Assembly: GCA_044222065.1 (NCBI GenBank)
Contig: JBGAOA010000003.1
Coordinates: 48,959 to 112,958 of the forward strand
Direction of reading: 5' to 3'
Length of the DNA: 64,000 bases
Source of the DNA: Candidatus Eiseniibacteriota bacterium
GTDB lineage: Bacteria; Eisenbacteria; RBG-16-71-46
Shown here: piece after piece, positions 37,467-49,278 of the stretch
How the letters are laid out: every line of letters begins with the position of its first letter
Position numbering within the stretch: the first letter of the stretch is position 1
The notes under the pieces: generated by a model
The model's input: the letters and a program-made list of their open reading frames with translations, nothing else
Database searches by the model: none
Told to the model about the DNA's origin: nothing
Made by a program: the position numbers and the translations under genes

Positions 37467-37856
37467 GCGGTCTCGGCCGGGACGCTCCCCAGTGGATCGG
37501 AGGAGCGCCCGGCCGCACGCGCGTCGCCACGAGCAGCACCGGTCGGTCCGGGCTCCGCAAACTCGCGCTCAGGCCGCGCGGGCGGACGGCCGATACCCCC
37601 GCTGACCCGCGACAAATGCGGGGAAAACGGTGGAAGTCGCCAGGAATCCTGTGCTACGGTCCCGCGCGTCGCGAGCCCCCGGGCCACGCGACCCGATCCG
37701 GAGGTCACCCTTCGGTTGAGCATCCCTGGATCGCCAAGGATTGAGCCCAAACAGCGCATTGCGACGCACAACTCCGACGCTCTTGGCCAGGTCCCGCCAG
37801 GGACCGACTCGGTCAAGAGTTTTGCGCTTTCTAGGCCCTAGGGAGATCTCCCTGCC

Positions 37857-38930
37857 GTGATGGTCAAAAAGTTTCCCGTCGAGCACCTCGAGCCCCTCGC
37901 GCTCCTGGGTCACAACGACTCGAACCTCCGCCAGATCGAATCCGAACTCCCGGTGCGCATCACGCTCCGCGACGGCACCATTTCGATCGCCGGCGACGAG
38001 AAGGCCGTGGCGCACGCCTCGCGCGTGTTCCACGAACTCGTCGAGCTCGTCGAACGCGGCAAGGTCGTCGAAGAGGCCGACGTCGCGACCGCGCTCGGCG
38101 CGACGCGCCGCAACGGCAATGGCAACGGCCACGGCAACGGGCACGGCTCGACGCTGGCCGAGGCGTACGAAGGCGCGCCCGGATTCCACTTCGAGCGCAA
38201 GGCGGTCAAGCCGCGCACGCCGAAGCAGGCCGAGTACCTGAAGGCGATCGAGGAGCACGACGTCGTGTTCGGCATCGGCCCCGCGGGCACGGGCAAGACG
38301 TACCTCGCGGTGACCGCTGCCGTGCACGCGCTGCGCACGAAGCGCGTGGACCGCATCATCCTCGTGCGTCCCGCGGTCGAAGCGGGCGAGAGCCTGGGCT
38401 TCCTGCCCGGCGACATGCAGGAGAAGGTGGATCCGTACCTGCGCCCGATGTACGACGCGCTCGCCGACCTGATGTCGTACGAGAAGATGCGCCGCTTCAT
38501 CGAAATGGGCGTGATCGAAATCGCGCCGCTCGCGTTCATGCGCGGCCGCACGCTGCACAGCTCGTTCGTCATCCTCGACGAGGCTCAGAACACGACCGTG
38601 CGCCAGATGAAGATGTTCCTGACCCGCCTCGGCGTGAACTCGAAGGCGGTCATCACGGGCGACGTCACGCAGATCGACCTCAAGGACCCGACCGCGTCGG
38701 GGCTCGTCAAGATCCAGAGCATCCTCGGGGGCCTGCGCGGCGTGAACTTCGTCTACTTCCATCCGGAGGACGTGGTCCGGCACCGCCTCGTGCGCGACAT
38801 CATCCGCGCCTTCGACGACTTCCACGCCCGCGGCGAGGGCATCGACGACGACGGCGTCGGCACGAGCCTCGATCCCGACTCGCCGCCGGCCGCGTCCGCG
38901 CCGGGCGACGACCCGGACACGGCGCGCTGA
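37857..38930 (+). CDS. phoH: PhoH-like ATPase/RNA helicase (YbeZ type)
   Basis: GPAGTGKTYLA, RPAVEAGESLGFLPGD, AFMRGRT, ILDEAQN, GDVTQIDL, DVVRH. Confidence 0.93.
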   Translation: MMVKKFPVEHLEPLALLGHNDSNLRQIESELPVRITLRDGTISIAGDEKAVAHASRVFHELVELVERGKVVEEADVATALGATRRNGNGNGHGNGHGSTLAEAYEGAPGFHFERKAVKPRTPKQAEYLKAIEEHDVVFGIGPAGTGKTYLAVTAAVHALRTKRVDRIILVRPAVEAGESLGFLPGDMQEKVDPYLRPMYDALADLMSYEKMRRFIEMGVIEIAPLAFMRGRTLHSSFVILDEAQNTTVRQMKMFLTRLGVNSKAVITGDVTQIDLKDPTASGLVKIQSILGGLRGVNFVYFHPEDVVRHRLVRDIIRAFDDFHARGEGIDDDGVGTSLDPDSPPAASAPGDDPDTAR

Positions 38931-38965
38931 TCCGGGCCCGGGGGGACTCACCCCCGGGCGCACGA

Positions 38966-41188
38966 ATGAGCGAGATCCAGGGCCTCACGCTTCCCGCGCT
39001 TCCCGACCGTCAGCGGAGCTTCCGCTGGCGCTATTACCTCGTGCGCGGCGTGCTCGTGCTCGTGCTGCTCGCGTTCGCGGCGCTGCTGCCGCGCAGCGAC
39101 GCCGAGCGCGAGCGCTACCGCTACCGCGAAGGCGACATCGCGCGCGAGCGCGTCGTCGCGCCGTTCGACTTCCGCGTCGAGAAGGACGAGGTCGTGCTGC
39201 GCCGCGAGCAGCAGTCGGCCGCGGCCGCGGTGACGCCCGTGTACATGCTCGACGCGCGCGTCTCGACCGAGATGCAGACGCGCTACGCGCTGTTCCAGCA
39301 GAAGGCGCTCGAGGTCGCGCTCGACCCGGCGGTGCGCGCCGCGGACCGCACGCAGCGCCTGCGGGCGCTCGGCGTGCCGCTCGGCGAGGAGAGCGCGACC
39401 GCGCTCGCCGCGCCCGGCCGCGCGCGCCGCGTGCTCGAAGGGCTCGGCGTGTGGCTGCGCGAGGTGTACGACGCCGGCATCGCCGCCGAGAAGCGCGGCG
39501 ACCTGCTGCAGGGGTACCGCACGGTGAGCCTGCGGACCGGGGACACCGAGGCGCCGCACGCGGCGAGCCTGTTCCTCGACCGTCGCGAGGCGCTCGCGCT
39601 CATCGACCGGCGCGCCCGTCCGATGTTCGACGGCGACGAGCGCGGCCAGCGGCTCGTCGCGGAACTCGCGAGTGCGTTCGTCCAGCCGAACATCGTCTAC
39701 GACCGCGCCGAGACCGAGTGGCGCCGCGTGCAGGCGCAGAGCGTCGTGCCGTCCACGATCAGCACGGTGAAGAAGGACGAGCTCGTCGTGGACGCGAACC
39801 AGCGCATCTCGCGCGACGCGCTCCTCAAGCTCCGGTCGCTGTCGAACGTGCTCTCGGCGCGCCGCAGCCGCACCGAGTTCCTGTACCCGCCGGTCGCGCG
39901 CATGCTGCTCATGCTGCTGTTCATCGCGGTGTTCGCGGCCTACCTGCGCGTCGAGCTGCCCGCCGTGTACCGCGACAACTCGATGCTGACCATGTTCACG
40001 ATGCTGTCGGCGATCGTGATGCTGTGCGCGGAGCTGCTCGTCGGCCAGCTCGGTTACTCCGAGTTCGTCGTGCCGCTCGCGCTCGCGCCGCTCGTCGTCG
40101 GCTCGCTGCTCGAGAAGCGTCCGGCGCTCGTCTTCACGCTCGTGCTCGCGGTGACGATCTCGTCGGTGATGGAGCTGCGCGCGCCGTTCATGCCGGTCGC
40201 GGTCATGGGCGGCCTCACCGCGGTGTACTCGGTGTCGCGCCTGCGCCACCGCCTGCACTTCGTGCGCGCGACGCTCGTGATCGCGGCCGCGAACGTCGCC
40301 GCGATCCTCGCGTGGGACCTCGCGCGCGCCTCGTCGGCGACGGTGCTGCTGCGCGATCTCGGATGGGGCGGCCTCAACGCGGCGCTCGCGACGTCGCTCG
40401 CGTTCCTCGTGCTGCCGCTCGTGGAACTCGCGTTCCGCATGACGAGCGACATCACGCTGCTCGAGCTGTCGGACCTGAACCGCCCGATCCTCAAGCGCAT
40501 GCAGCTCGAGGCGCCCGGCACGTACCACCACAGCATGGTCGTCGGCTCGCTCGCCGAGGCGGCCGCCGAGGCGATCGGGGCGAATTCGCTGCTCGCGCGC
40601 GTCGCCGCGTACTACCACGACATCGGCAAGCTCGCGAAGCCCGAGTACTACGCCGAGAACGAGCCGGCGTCGTCGCGTTCGCGCCACGAGAAGCTGACGC
40701 CGAGCATGAGCGCGCTCGTCGTGAAGTCGCACATCACGGAAGGCCTCGAGATCGCGCGCAAGGAGCGCCTGCCGCGCGCCGTGCGCGACGCGATCCCCGA
40801 GCACCACGGCACGATGGTGATGGCGTTCTTCTATCACAAGGCGCTCGAGGCCGACGAAGGCGCGCGGCGCGAGGACTACAGCTACCCCGGGCCGAAGCCG
40901 CGCTCGCGCGAGACCGCGATCCTCATGCTCGCGGACGGCGTCGAAGGCGCCTCGCGCGCGCTCGCCGAGCCGACGCCGAGCCGCATCCGCGGGCTCGTGC
41001 AGCGCATCATCGACGAACGCGTGCGCGACGGTCAGCTCGACGACTGCGATCTCACGCTGCAGGAGCTGGCGAAGATCCGCGAGGCGTTCATCCCGGTGCT
41101 GACCGCGATCTTCCACGTGCGCGCGCCCTACCCGACGTTCAACGTGCCGAAGCGCGCCGATGCCGATCTCCGTCGCAGCGCCGACTGA
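38966..41188 (+). CDS. 7TM-HD phosphohydrolase (PgpH/YqfF-like)
   Basis: Extracellular domain + 7 TM + APGTYHHS, YYHDIGK, EHHGT, YPGPKP, MLADGVE. Confidence 0.88.
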   Translation: MSEIQGLTLPALPDRQRSFRWRYYLVRGVLVLVLLAFAALLPRSDAERERYRYREGDIARERVVAPFDFRVEKDEVVLRREQQSAAAAVTPVYMLDARVSTEMQTRYALFQQKALEVALDPAVRAADRTQRLRALGVPLGEESATALAAPGRARRVLEGLGVWLREVYDAGIAAEKRGDLLQGYRTVSLRTGDTEAPHAASLFLDRREALALIDRRARPMFDGDERGQRLVAELASAFVQPNIVYDRAETEWRRVQAQSVVPSTISTVKKDELVVDANQRISRDALLKLRSLSNVLSARRSRTEFLYPPVARMLLMLLFIAVFAAYLRVELPAVYRDNSMLTMFTMLSAIVMLCAELLVGQLGYSEFVVPLALAPLVVGSLLEKRPALVFTLVLAVTISSVMELRAPFMPVAVMGGLTAVYSVSRLRHRLHFVRATLVIAAANVAAILAWDLARASSATVLLRDLGWGGLNAALATSLAFLVLPLVELAFRMTSDITLLELSDLNRPILKRMQLEAPGTYHHSMVVGSLAEAAAEAIGANSLLARVAAYYHDIGKLAKPEYYAENEPASSRSRHEKLTPSMSALVVKSHITEGLEIARKERLPRAVRDAIPEHHGTMVMAFFYHKALEADEGARREDYSYPGPKPRSRETAILMLADGVEGASRALAEPTPSRIRGLVQRIIDERVRDGQLDDCDLTLQELAKIREAFIPVLTAIFHVRAPYPTFNVPKRADADLRRSAD

Positions 41189-41912
41189 GCGGCGCGCCGT
41201 CGCAACGCCGCTGCGCGCGATCGTGCGCGCCGTGCTGGCGGGCGAGTCGCGGCGCGCGGACGAGGTCGCGGTCGTGATCGCCGACGACGCGCGGCTGCGC
41301 GAACTGAACCGGCGCTGGCGCGGGATCGACCGCGCGACCGACGTGCTCAGCTTCAACTACGACGAGGGCGAACGCGGCTGGCGCGAAGCCCCGATCCGCG
41401 GCGACCTCGTCGTCTCGATGGACCGCGTGTTCGCGCAGGCGAAACGCTACCGCGTGACGCCGGGCAAGGAACTCGCGCGGCTCGTCGTCCACGGCGCGCT
41501 GCACCTGTGCGGGCACGACCACCACGCGGCGGGCGAGCGGCGCGTGATGCGCGCGCGCGAGCAGGCGGCGCTGCGCTCGCTCGGCGGCGCGATCCGCCGG
41601 CTCGACGGAGCGCTGCGATGCGCGCCCGCGCGCCGCGCCTCGCGCGCGCGTTCCGCGCCGCCGCCGCGCTGCTCGCGCTCGCGGCGCTCGCGGGCGGCTG
41701 CGCGGGCGGCCGGCCGCGCATCGAGCGCGACTTCCTCGACACGATCAAGCACGCCGAACGCGTCACGGTCTCGCGCTGCGAGTTCCCCGATCCGACCGAA
41801 ACCGAGGGCGAAGCGGTCGCGAAGTCGCCCGACGATCCGTTCCCCGACCTCGTGCGCGTCGCGAGTGCCACGCCGGACGCGCGCTGGACGGCGCGCGCCG
41901 CGGGCAAGCTGA
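41160..41912 (+). CDS. ybeY: rRNA maturation endoribonuclease YbeY (ORF runs about 97 codons past the expected end near 41621)
   Basis: LNRRWRG.D..TDVLSF, GDLVVS, HGALHLCGHDH. Confidence 0.85.
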   Translation: MPISVAAPTERRAVATPLRAIVRAVLAGESRRADEVAVVIADDARLRELNRRWRGIDRATDVLSFNYDEGERGWREAPIRGDLVVSMDRVFAQAKRYRVTPGKELARLVVHGALHLCGHDHHAAGERRVMRAREQAALRSLGGAIRRLDGALRCAPARRASRARSAPPPRCSRSRRSRAAARAAGRASSATSSTRSSTPNASRSRAASSPIRPKPRAKRSRSRPTIRSPTSCASRVPRRTRAGRRAPRAS

Positions 41913-42496
41913 TCGGCAGCCTCGAGTACGCCCCCGATCCGTACGCGCCGTGCCGCTCGTGCCCGCTCGAAGCGGTGTTCGAGCTGCGCTTCGAGCGCGC
42001 CGGACGCGTCGCGCGCGCGTTCGTCTTCCCGGCGCGCCACGAGGTGCGGCTCTATTCGGCGACCTTCCCGCAGGTCTGGCGCCCGCGCCCGGACCGCGTG
42101 CCGCACCTGCTCGCGCTCGTGCGCGAGGCGCTCGCCGCCGACCCGCTCACGATCTCGATGGACGCGAAGGGCCACCTCGATGCCGACGGCTTCCGCCGTG
42201 CGCATCCGTCCATGAACTTCTTCGAGGTCCTGCCCGAACTGCTCGTCGCACCGGACTCGATCGCGCCGCACTACCCCGAATCCGCGCGCGCGGCCGGCAT
42301 CGAGGGCATGGTCCTCCTGAGCGTGCACGTCACGGCCGAGGGCGCGGTGGACAGCGCGCGCGTCGTGCGTTCGATCCCCGAGCTGGACGCGGCCGCGATC
42401 GAGTCGGCGTACCGGATGCGGTTCCGCCCCGCGCGCTCGTTCGGCGAGCCCGCCGCGACGTGGATCGCGGTGCCGGTGAGCTTCAAGCTCCGCTGA
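41618..42496 (+). CDS. Lipoprotein-like protein with C-terminal TonB domain
   Basis: ATG 41618; LAGGC lipobox-like; YPESARAAGIEG.V.L...V..EG.V...LDAAA...RFRPA...VPVSFKL. Confidence 0.75.
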   Translation: MRARAPRLARAFRAAAALLALAALAGGCAGGRPRIERDFLDTIKHAERVTVSRCEFPDPTETEGEAVAKSPDDPFPDLVRVASATPDARWTARAAGKLIGSLEYAPDPYAPCRSCPLEAVFELRFERAGRVARAFVFPARHEVRLYSATFPQVWRPRPDRVPHLLALVREALAADPLTISMDAKGHLDADGFRRAHPSMNFFEVLPELLVAPDSIAPHYPESARAAGIEGMVLLSVHVTAEGAVDSARVVRSIPELDAAAIESAYRMRFRPARSFGEPAATWIAVPVSFKLR

Positions 42497-42605
42497 GCGC
42501 AACGCGCGCGCCGCCGCGTGACCGCGCGCGCGCGAATCGCTAGAGTCCCCGCCGCACGCTTCATTTCGTCCACGCCGGACCCGCAGCGTCCCCGGACACG
42601 AGACC

Positions 42606-43217
42606 ATGGGCCGAATCCGCAACTACCTCCTCACCGGACTCATCGTGCTCGCCCCGACCGCGATCACGATCACGGTCTTCTACCGGCTCCTGAACTGGGT
42701 CGACAACCTGCTCGGGCGCTACCTGCGCTTCGAGGCGCTCGACTACCACCGCATCCCCGGGCTCGGCCTGCTCGCGACGCTGCTGCTGCTCGTGATCGTC
42801 GGCTTCGTCGCGTCGCGCATCGGCGCGCGCCCGCTGCTGCGCGTCTGGGACCAGCTGCTCATGCGCATCCCCGGCGTCGGCATCGTCTACGGCTCGACGA
42901 AGTCGCTCGGCGAGGCGTTCCTGAACAAGAAGGAGCAGGCGTTCAAGCAGGTCGTGCTCGTGCCGTGGCCGCGCGAGAACGTGTGGCGCGTCGGCTTCCT
43001 CACCGGCCGCGCGAACTCCGACGTGCGCGAGAAGCTCGGCGGCGACGTCGAGGTCGTGTTCGTCCCGCACACGCCGAACCCGGCCTCGGGCTTCGTGCAC
43101 TACTTCCCGAAGAAGGACGTCGTGTACCTCGACTGGCCGATCGAGGACGGGCTCAAGGTGATCGTGTCGGGCGGCGTCGTGCAGCCCGACGTCGCGGCGC
43201 CGCGCGCGGGCGCCTGA
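42606..43217 (+). CDS. DUF502 membrane protein
   Basis: LTGLIVLAP, RIPGV..VY, VFVPHTPNPASGF, IVSGG. Confidence 0.88.
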   Translation: MGRIRNYLLTGLIVLAPTAITITVFYRLLNWVDNLLGRYLRFEALDYHRIPGLGLLATLLLLVIVGFVASRIGARPLLRVWDQLLMRIPGVGIVYGSTKSLGEAFLNKKEQAFKQVVLVPWPRENVWRVGFLTGRANSDVREKLGGDVEVVFVPHTPNPASGFVHYFPKKDVVYLDWPIEDGLKVIVSGGVVQPDVAAPRAGA

Positions 43218-43250
43218 GCCCGCGCCGGGTCGCGGGGGAACGGATCCGCC

Positions 43251-44030
43251 GTGGCGCTCGTGACGAGCGAAGGCATCGTCCTCAAGATCCAGGCGCTCGG
43301 CGACACGAGCCGCATCGTCACCGTCTACACGCGCGATCACGGCCTGCGGAAGTTCGTCGCGAAGGGCGCGCGCAAGACGCCCGCGCGTTTCGGTTTCGCG
43401 CTCGAGCCGCTGTCGCGCGCGCGCTACGTCTTCTACCTGAAGCCCGACCGCGACCTGCACCTGCTGTCGCAGGCCGAGGTGCTCGACGCCTACGGCAGCC
43501 GCGTGACGAGCCTGCGCCGGCTCGCCCACGCGCAGGCGGCGCTCGAGCTGCTCGACCGGCTCGTGTGGGGCGAGGAGCCGCACTCCGAGCTGTTCGAGCT
43601 GCTGCGCGACACGCTCGCGGCACTCGCCGCGGCGCCCGACCGCGCGCTCGCGACGATCACGATCGCCTACCAGCTCCAGGTCGCGGGGCTGCTCGGCTAC
43701 CGCCCGCGGCTCGACGCCTGCGCGCACTGCGGCGGGCCTCTCTCGCCGCGGCGCGTGTTCTCGGCCGCGCGCGGCGGGCTGCTGTGCGACGCCGACGCCG
43801 CGCGCGAGGCGGGCACGGTCGTGCTCAGCGCGGACGCGCTCGGCGGGCTGTCGCTGCTGCTCACGCGCCCCGTCGGCGAGGCCGGCGACTACGTCGAGCT
43901 GAAGAACGCGGGCGAGATCCTGCGCGTCGTCGAGCTGTTCCTGCGCGAGCACTTCCTGCGCTTCCGCGGCCTGCGCTCGCTCGAGGTGCTGAAGTCGCTG
44001 CCGGGGGAGGACGCCGCGCCGCGCGGCTGA
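43251..44030 (+). CDS. recO: DNA repair protein RecO
   Basis: EGIVL...D.SRIV..YT..HG....AKGARK; LGY.P.L..C..CG...GGL.C; precedes glyQS. Confidence 0.9.
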   Translation: MALVTSEGIVLKIQALGDTSRIVTVYTRDHGLRKFVAKGARKTPARFGFALEPLSRARYVFYLKPDRDLHLLSQAEVLDAYGSRVTSLRRLAHAQAALELLDRLVWGEEPHSELFELLRDTLAALAAAPDRALATITIAYQLQVAGLLGYRPRLDACAHCGGPLSPRRVFSAARGGLLCDADAAREAGTVVLSADALGGLSLLLTRPVGEAGDYVELKNAGEILRVVELFLREHFLRFRGLRSLEVLKSLPGEDAAPRG

Positions 44031-44124
44031 GCCGCGCCGCCGCCTTCGGCTCGACGTTCGTGAATGCGTCAGGCTAGACTGCCGCGCTTCCGACCGCGAT
44101 CCACTCCTTCCGAGACGCCGCGCC

Positions 44125-45126
44125 ATGTCCGCTCCCGATCCCCGCCAGTCCCTGCAGGCGATGATGCTCGCGCTCGAGACCTACTGGGCCGAGCGGGGCT
44201 GCGTGATCCAGCAGCCGTATCCGTCCGAGGTCGGCGCCGGCACGTTCAACCCCGCGACGTTCCTGCGCTCGCTCGGCCCCGAACCGTGGCGCGTCGCGTA
44301 CGTCGAGCCGTCGCGGCGGCCGAAGGACGGGCGCTACGGCGAGAACCCGAACCGCTTCCAGCAGTTCTTCCAGTACCAGGTGCTGCTCAAGCCCTCGCCC
44401 GGTGACGTCGTGGACCAGTACTTCGACTCGCTGCGCGCGATCGGCATCGAGCCGCGCGAACACGACCTGCGCCTCGTCGAGGACGACTGGGAGTCGCCGA
44501 CGCTCGGCGCGGCCGGGCTCGGCTGGCAGGTGTGGATGGACGGCACCGAGATCTCGCAGTTCACGTACTTCCAGCAGTGCGGCGGACTCGAGCTGCCGGT
44601 CGTGTCGGCCGAGCTGACGTACGGCCTCGACCGCATCGGGATGATGCTGCAGAAGAGGGACCGCGTTCAGGACCTCGCGTGGGCGCCCGGCGTCACGTGG
44701 GGCGACCTGTGGGTGCGCAACGAGTGGGAGTGGTCGCACTACAACTTCGAACAGGCGCCGGTCGAGGCGCTGTTCGAGATGTTCCGCGTGTGGGAGACGG
44801 AAGCCTCGCGGCTCCTCGACCTGAAGCTCGTGGCACCCGGCTACGACGCCGTCATCAAGTGCTCGCACGTCTTCAACCTGCTCGATGCGCGCGGCGCGAT
44901 CTCGGTGAGCGAGCGCGTCGGCTACATCGGGCGCGTGCGGAAGATCGCGCGCCAGGCGGCGCTCGCGCATCACCACCTGCGCGCCGAGCTCGGCTACCCG
45001 CTCATCCCGGATCCGGCCGAGCGCCAGCGCTGGCTCGACGCCTACGCCGCGCAGCAGGAGAAGGCGAAGGGCGCGAAGAAGGCCGGCGAGGCGAAGGCCG
45101 CGAAGAAAGCCGGGGCGGACGCGTGA
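44125..45126 (+). CDS. glyQ: Glycine-tRNA ligase alpha subunit
   Basis: [61 protein letters not shown]. Confidence 0.96.
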   Translation: MSAPDPRQSLQAMMLALETYWAERGCVIQQPYPSEVGAGTFNPATFLRSLGPEPWRVAYVEPSRRPKDGRYGENPNRFQQFFQYQVLLKPSPGDVVDQYFDSLRAIGIEPREHDLRLVEDDWESPTLGAAGLGWQVWMDGTEISQFTYFQQCGGLELPVVSAELTYGLDRIGMMLQKRDRVQDLAWAPGVTWGDLWVRNEWEWSHYNFEQAPVEALFEMFRVWETEASRLLDLKLVAPGYDAVIKCSHVFNLLDARGAISVSERVGYIGRVRKIARQAALAHHHLRAELGYPLIPDPAERQRWLDAYAAQQEKAKGAKKAGEAKAAKKAGADA

Positions 45127-47264
45127 GCCGCGACCTGCTGTTCGAGATCGGCGTCGAAGAGGTTCCGGCCGGTTACATCCCGCCGGCGCTCGACCAGCTC
45201 GAGGCCGGCGCGCGCGCGCTGCTCGCGGATCTTCGGCTCGCGCACGGCGACGTGCGCGTGAGCGGCACGCCGCGGCGGCTCGCGCTCGAGGTCGCGGGGG
45301 TCGCCGAGCGCCAGCCCGATGCGACCGAGGAGGCGATGGGGCCCGCGGTGAAGGCGGCGTACGACGCGAGCGGCCAGCCGACGAAGGCGCTGCTCGGCTT
45401 CTGTCAGGGGCGCGGCGTCGAGCTGTCGGCCGTACGGCGCGTCGAGACGCCGAAGGGCGAGTACGTGGCCGTGACGGTGCAGCGTGTCGGCAAGCCCGCG
45501 GCCGAAGTGCTCGGCGTCGGGCTCGCGACGCTCGCGACGAAGCTGCAGTTCCCGAAGAGCATGCGCTGGCTCGACGACGACACGCGCTTCGCCCGGCCGG
45601 TGCGCTGGCTCGTCGCGCTGTTCGGCGCCGACGTGATCCCGGTGCGCGCGTTCCAGCTCGACGCGGGCCGCGTCACGCGCGGCCACCGCTTCCTCGCGCC
45701 CGGACCGCTGGAAGTTCCTGACGCCGCGGCGTACGCCGCGGCGCTCGCTTCGCGCGACGTGACCGCGGATCCGGCCGCGCGCGCGGCCGACATCGAGGCG
45801 CAGCTCGCGCGCGAGGCGCAGGCCGCCGGCGGCCGCGTCGTCGCCGACGCCGAGCTCGTCGAGATCAACAACTTCATGGTCGAGCGGCCGACGGTCGTGC
45901 GCGGCGCGTTCGACGCGCGCTACCTCGACCTGCCGCGCGAGGTGATCGTGACGGCGCTGCGCGAGCACCAGAAGTTCTTCGCGGTCGAGGACGCGTCGGG
46001 CGCGCTCCAGCCCGCGTTCCTCGCGGTCCGCAACGGCGACGATCGCGGTCTCGATCTCGTGCGCAAGGGCAACCAGGACGTGCTCGTCGCGCGGCTCGAG
46101 GACGCGAAGTTCTACTGGGACACCGACCTCAAGACCGCGCCCGCGGCGGCGGTCGAGAAGCTCGGCGCGGTCGTGTGGATGGAAGGGCTCGGGAGCCTGC
46201 GCGAGAAGGCGGCGCGGCTCGAGTCGCTCGGCGGCTGGCTCGCCGAGCGGCTCGCGCCCGCGGACGCCGCGCACGTGCGGCGCGCCGCGCTCCTCTGCAA
46301 GACCGATCTGCTCGGCGAGATGATCGGCAGCGGCAAGGAGTACGCGGTGCTCGAAGGCGTGATGGGCGGCCACTACGCGCGGCGCGCGGGCGAGCCCGAG
46401 GCCGTCTGTGTCGCGATCGCCGAGCACTACCGGCCGCGCGGCGCGAGCGACGCCTGCCCGGCCTCGGCCGCGGGCTCGCTGCTCGCGCTCGCCGACAAGC
46501 TCGACCACGTCGCCGGCGCGTTCGTCGGCGGCAAGATCCCGTCGGGCTCGGAAGACCCGTACGGCGTGCGGCGCGCGGGCAACGGCGTCGTGCGCATCCT
46601 GATCGAGCAGGACCGCCGCCTCGACCTGCGCGATGCGACGATGGAGAGCACCCGCACGTTCTTCGCCGCGAACCCCGAGCTGCCGCAGGCCGACGTCGTG
46701 AAAAAGCTCGGCGAGTTCTGGCGCGGCCGCGTGGACGTGGCGCTCGAAGACCGCGGCGTGCCGTACGACGTGCGCGAGGCCGCGCTCGAAGCGCGCCTGC
46801 CGATGGAGGGCGCGGGACGCAGCCGCCCCGGCTGGATCGACCCCGCCGACGCGCTCGCGCGCGCGCGCACGCTCGTCGAGTTCCGCGGCGACCGGCGCTT
46901 CGAGCCGCTCGTCGTGCTGTTCAAGCGCGTCGCGAACATCCTCGCCAAGTCGTCCGACGCGCTGCCCGCGGCGCTCGACCGCGCGCGGCTCGGCGAAGCG
47001 GCCGAGCGCGACCTCGCGGGCGCGCTCGACGCCGCGCGCGCGGCGTCGGCGCCGCTCTGGGAAGCGCGCGACTACGCGCGCGTGCTGCCCGCGCTGCTCG
47101 CGATGGAGCAGCCGATCCACGCGTTCTTCGACGCCGTCATGGTCAACGTCGAGGACGCGCCGACGCGTACGAACCGCCTGCGGCTGCTCGCCGACGTGCG
47201 CGAGCTGTTCCTGCGCGGCTGGGACCTCTCGAAGATCGTCGTCGAGGGCGAGAAGGGCGCGTAG
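45123..47264 (+). CDS. glyS: Glycine-tRNA ligase beta subunit
   Basis: GTGA overlap; [54 protein letters not shown]. Confidence 0.95.
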   Translation: MSRDLLFEIGVEEVPAGYIPPALDQLEAGARALLADLRLAHGDVRVSGTPRRLALEVAGVAERQPDATEEAMGPAVKAAYDASGQPTKALLGFCQGRGVELSAVRRVETPKGEYVAVTVQRVGKPAAEVLGVGLATLATKLQFPKSMRWLDDDTRFARPVRWLVALFGADVIPVRAFQLDAGRVTRGHRFLAPGPLEVPDAAAYAAALASRDVTADPAARAADIEAQLAREAQAAGGRVVADAELVEINNFMVERPTVVRGAFDARYLDLPREVIVTALREHQKFFAVEDASGALQPAFLAVRNGDDRGLDLVRKGNQDVLVARLEDAKFYWDTDLKTAPAAAVEKLGAVVWMEGLGSLREKAARLESLGGWLAERLAPADAAHVRRAALLCKTDLLGEMIGSGKEYAVLEGVMGGHYARRAGEPEAVCVAIAEHYRPRGASDACPASAAGSLLALADKLDHVAGAFVGGKIPSGSEDPYGVRRAGNGVVRILIEQDRRLDLRDATMESTRTFFAANPELPQADVVKKLGEFWRGRVDVALEDRGVPYDVREAALEARLPMEGAGRSRPGWIDPADALARARTLVEFRGDRRFEPLVVLFKRVANILAKSSDALPAALDRARLGEAAERDLAGALDAARAASAPLWEARDYARVLPALLAMEQPIHAFFDAVMVNVEDAPTRTNRLRLLADVRELFLRGWDLSKIVVEGEKGA

Positions 47265-47313
47265 CGGCGCGCGCGTCCGCGGCCGGACGGCGCGGTCGTG
47301 CGGAGTGCGAGCC

Positions 47314-49145
<1,832 letters not shown>

Positions 49146-49204
49146 CTCGGGCGCGGACCGTAGCACAGGCGCACGCGGCGGCGGCCGCGCGCGCCGCAGG
49201 CGCG

Positions 49205-49236
49205 ACGGCGGACGGCGCGCGAGCACCGTCCGCCGT
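49205..49236 (-). terminator. Hairpin downstream of the giant gene (possible terminator)
   Basis: acggcggacgg / ccgtccgccgt 11-bp stem; no clear U-tract. Confidence 0.45.
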
Positions 49237-49278
49237 GCGATGCCGGGCGCCGGGGAGACGGCGTGCCCGGCGGTTCGA

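Noticed and set aside
38111..38147. NGNGNGHGNGHG tract in PhoH
   Set aside because: Short low-complexity interdomain linker; no evidence of a separate function
37660..44124. T-box or c-di-AMP riboswitch ahead of phoH or glyQS
   Set aside because: No T-box consensus (GGTGGNACC) or ydaO motifs seen; the recO-glyQ gap is under 100 nt
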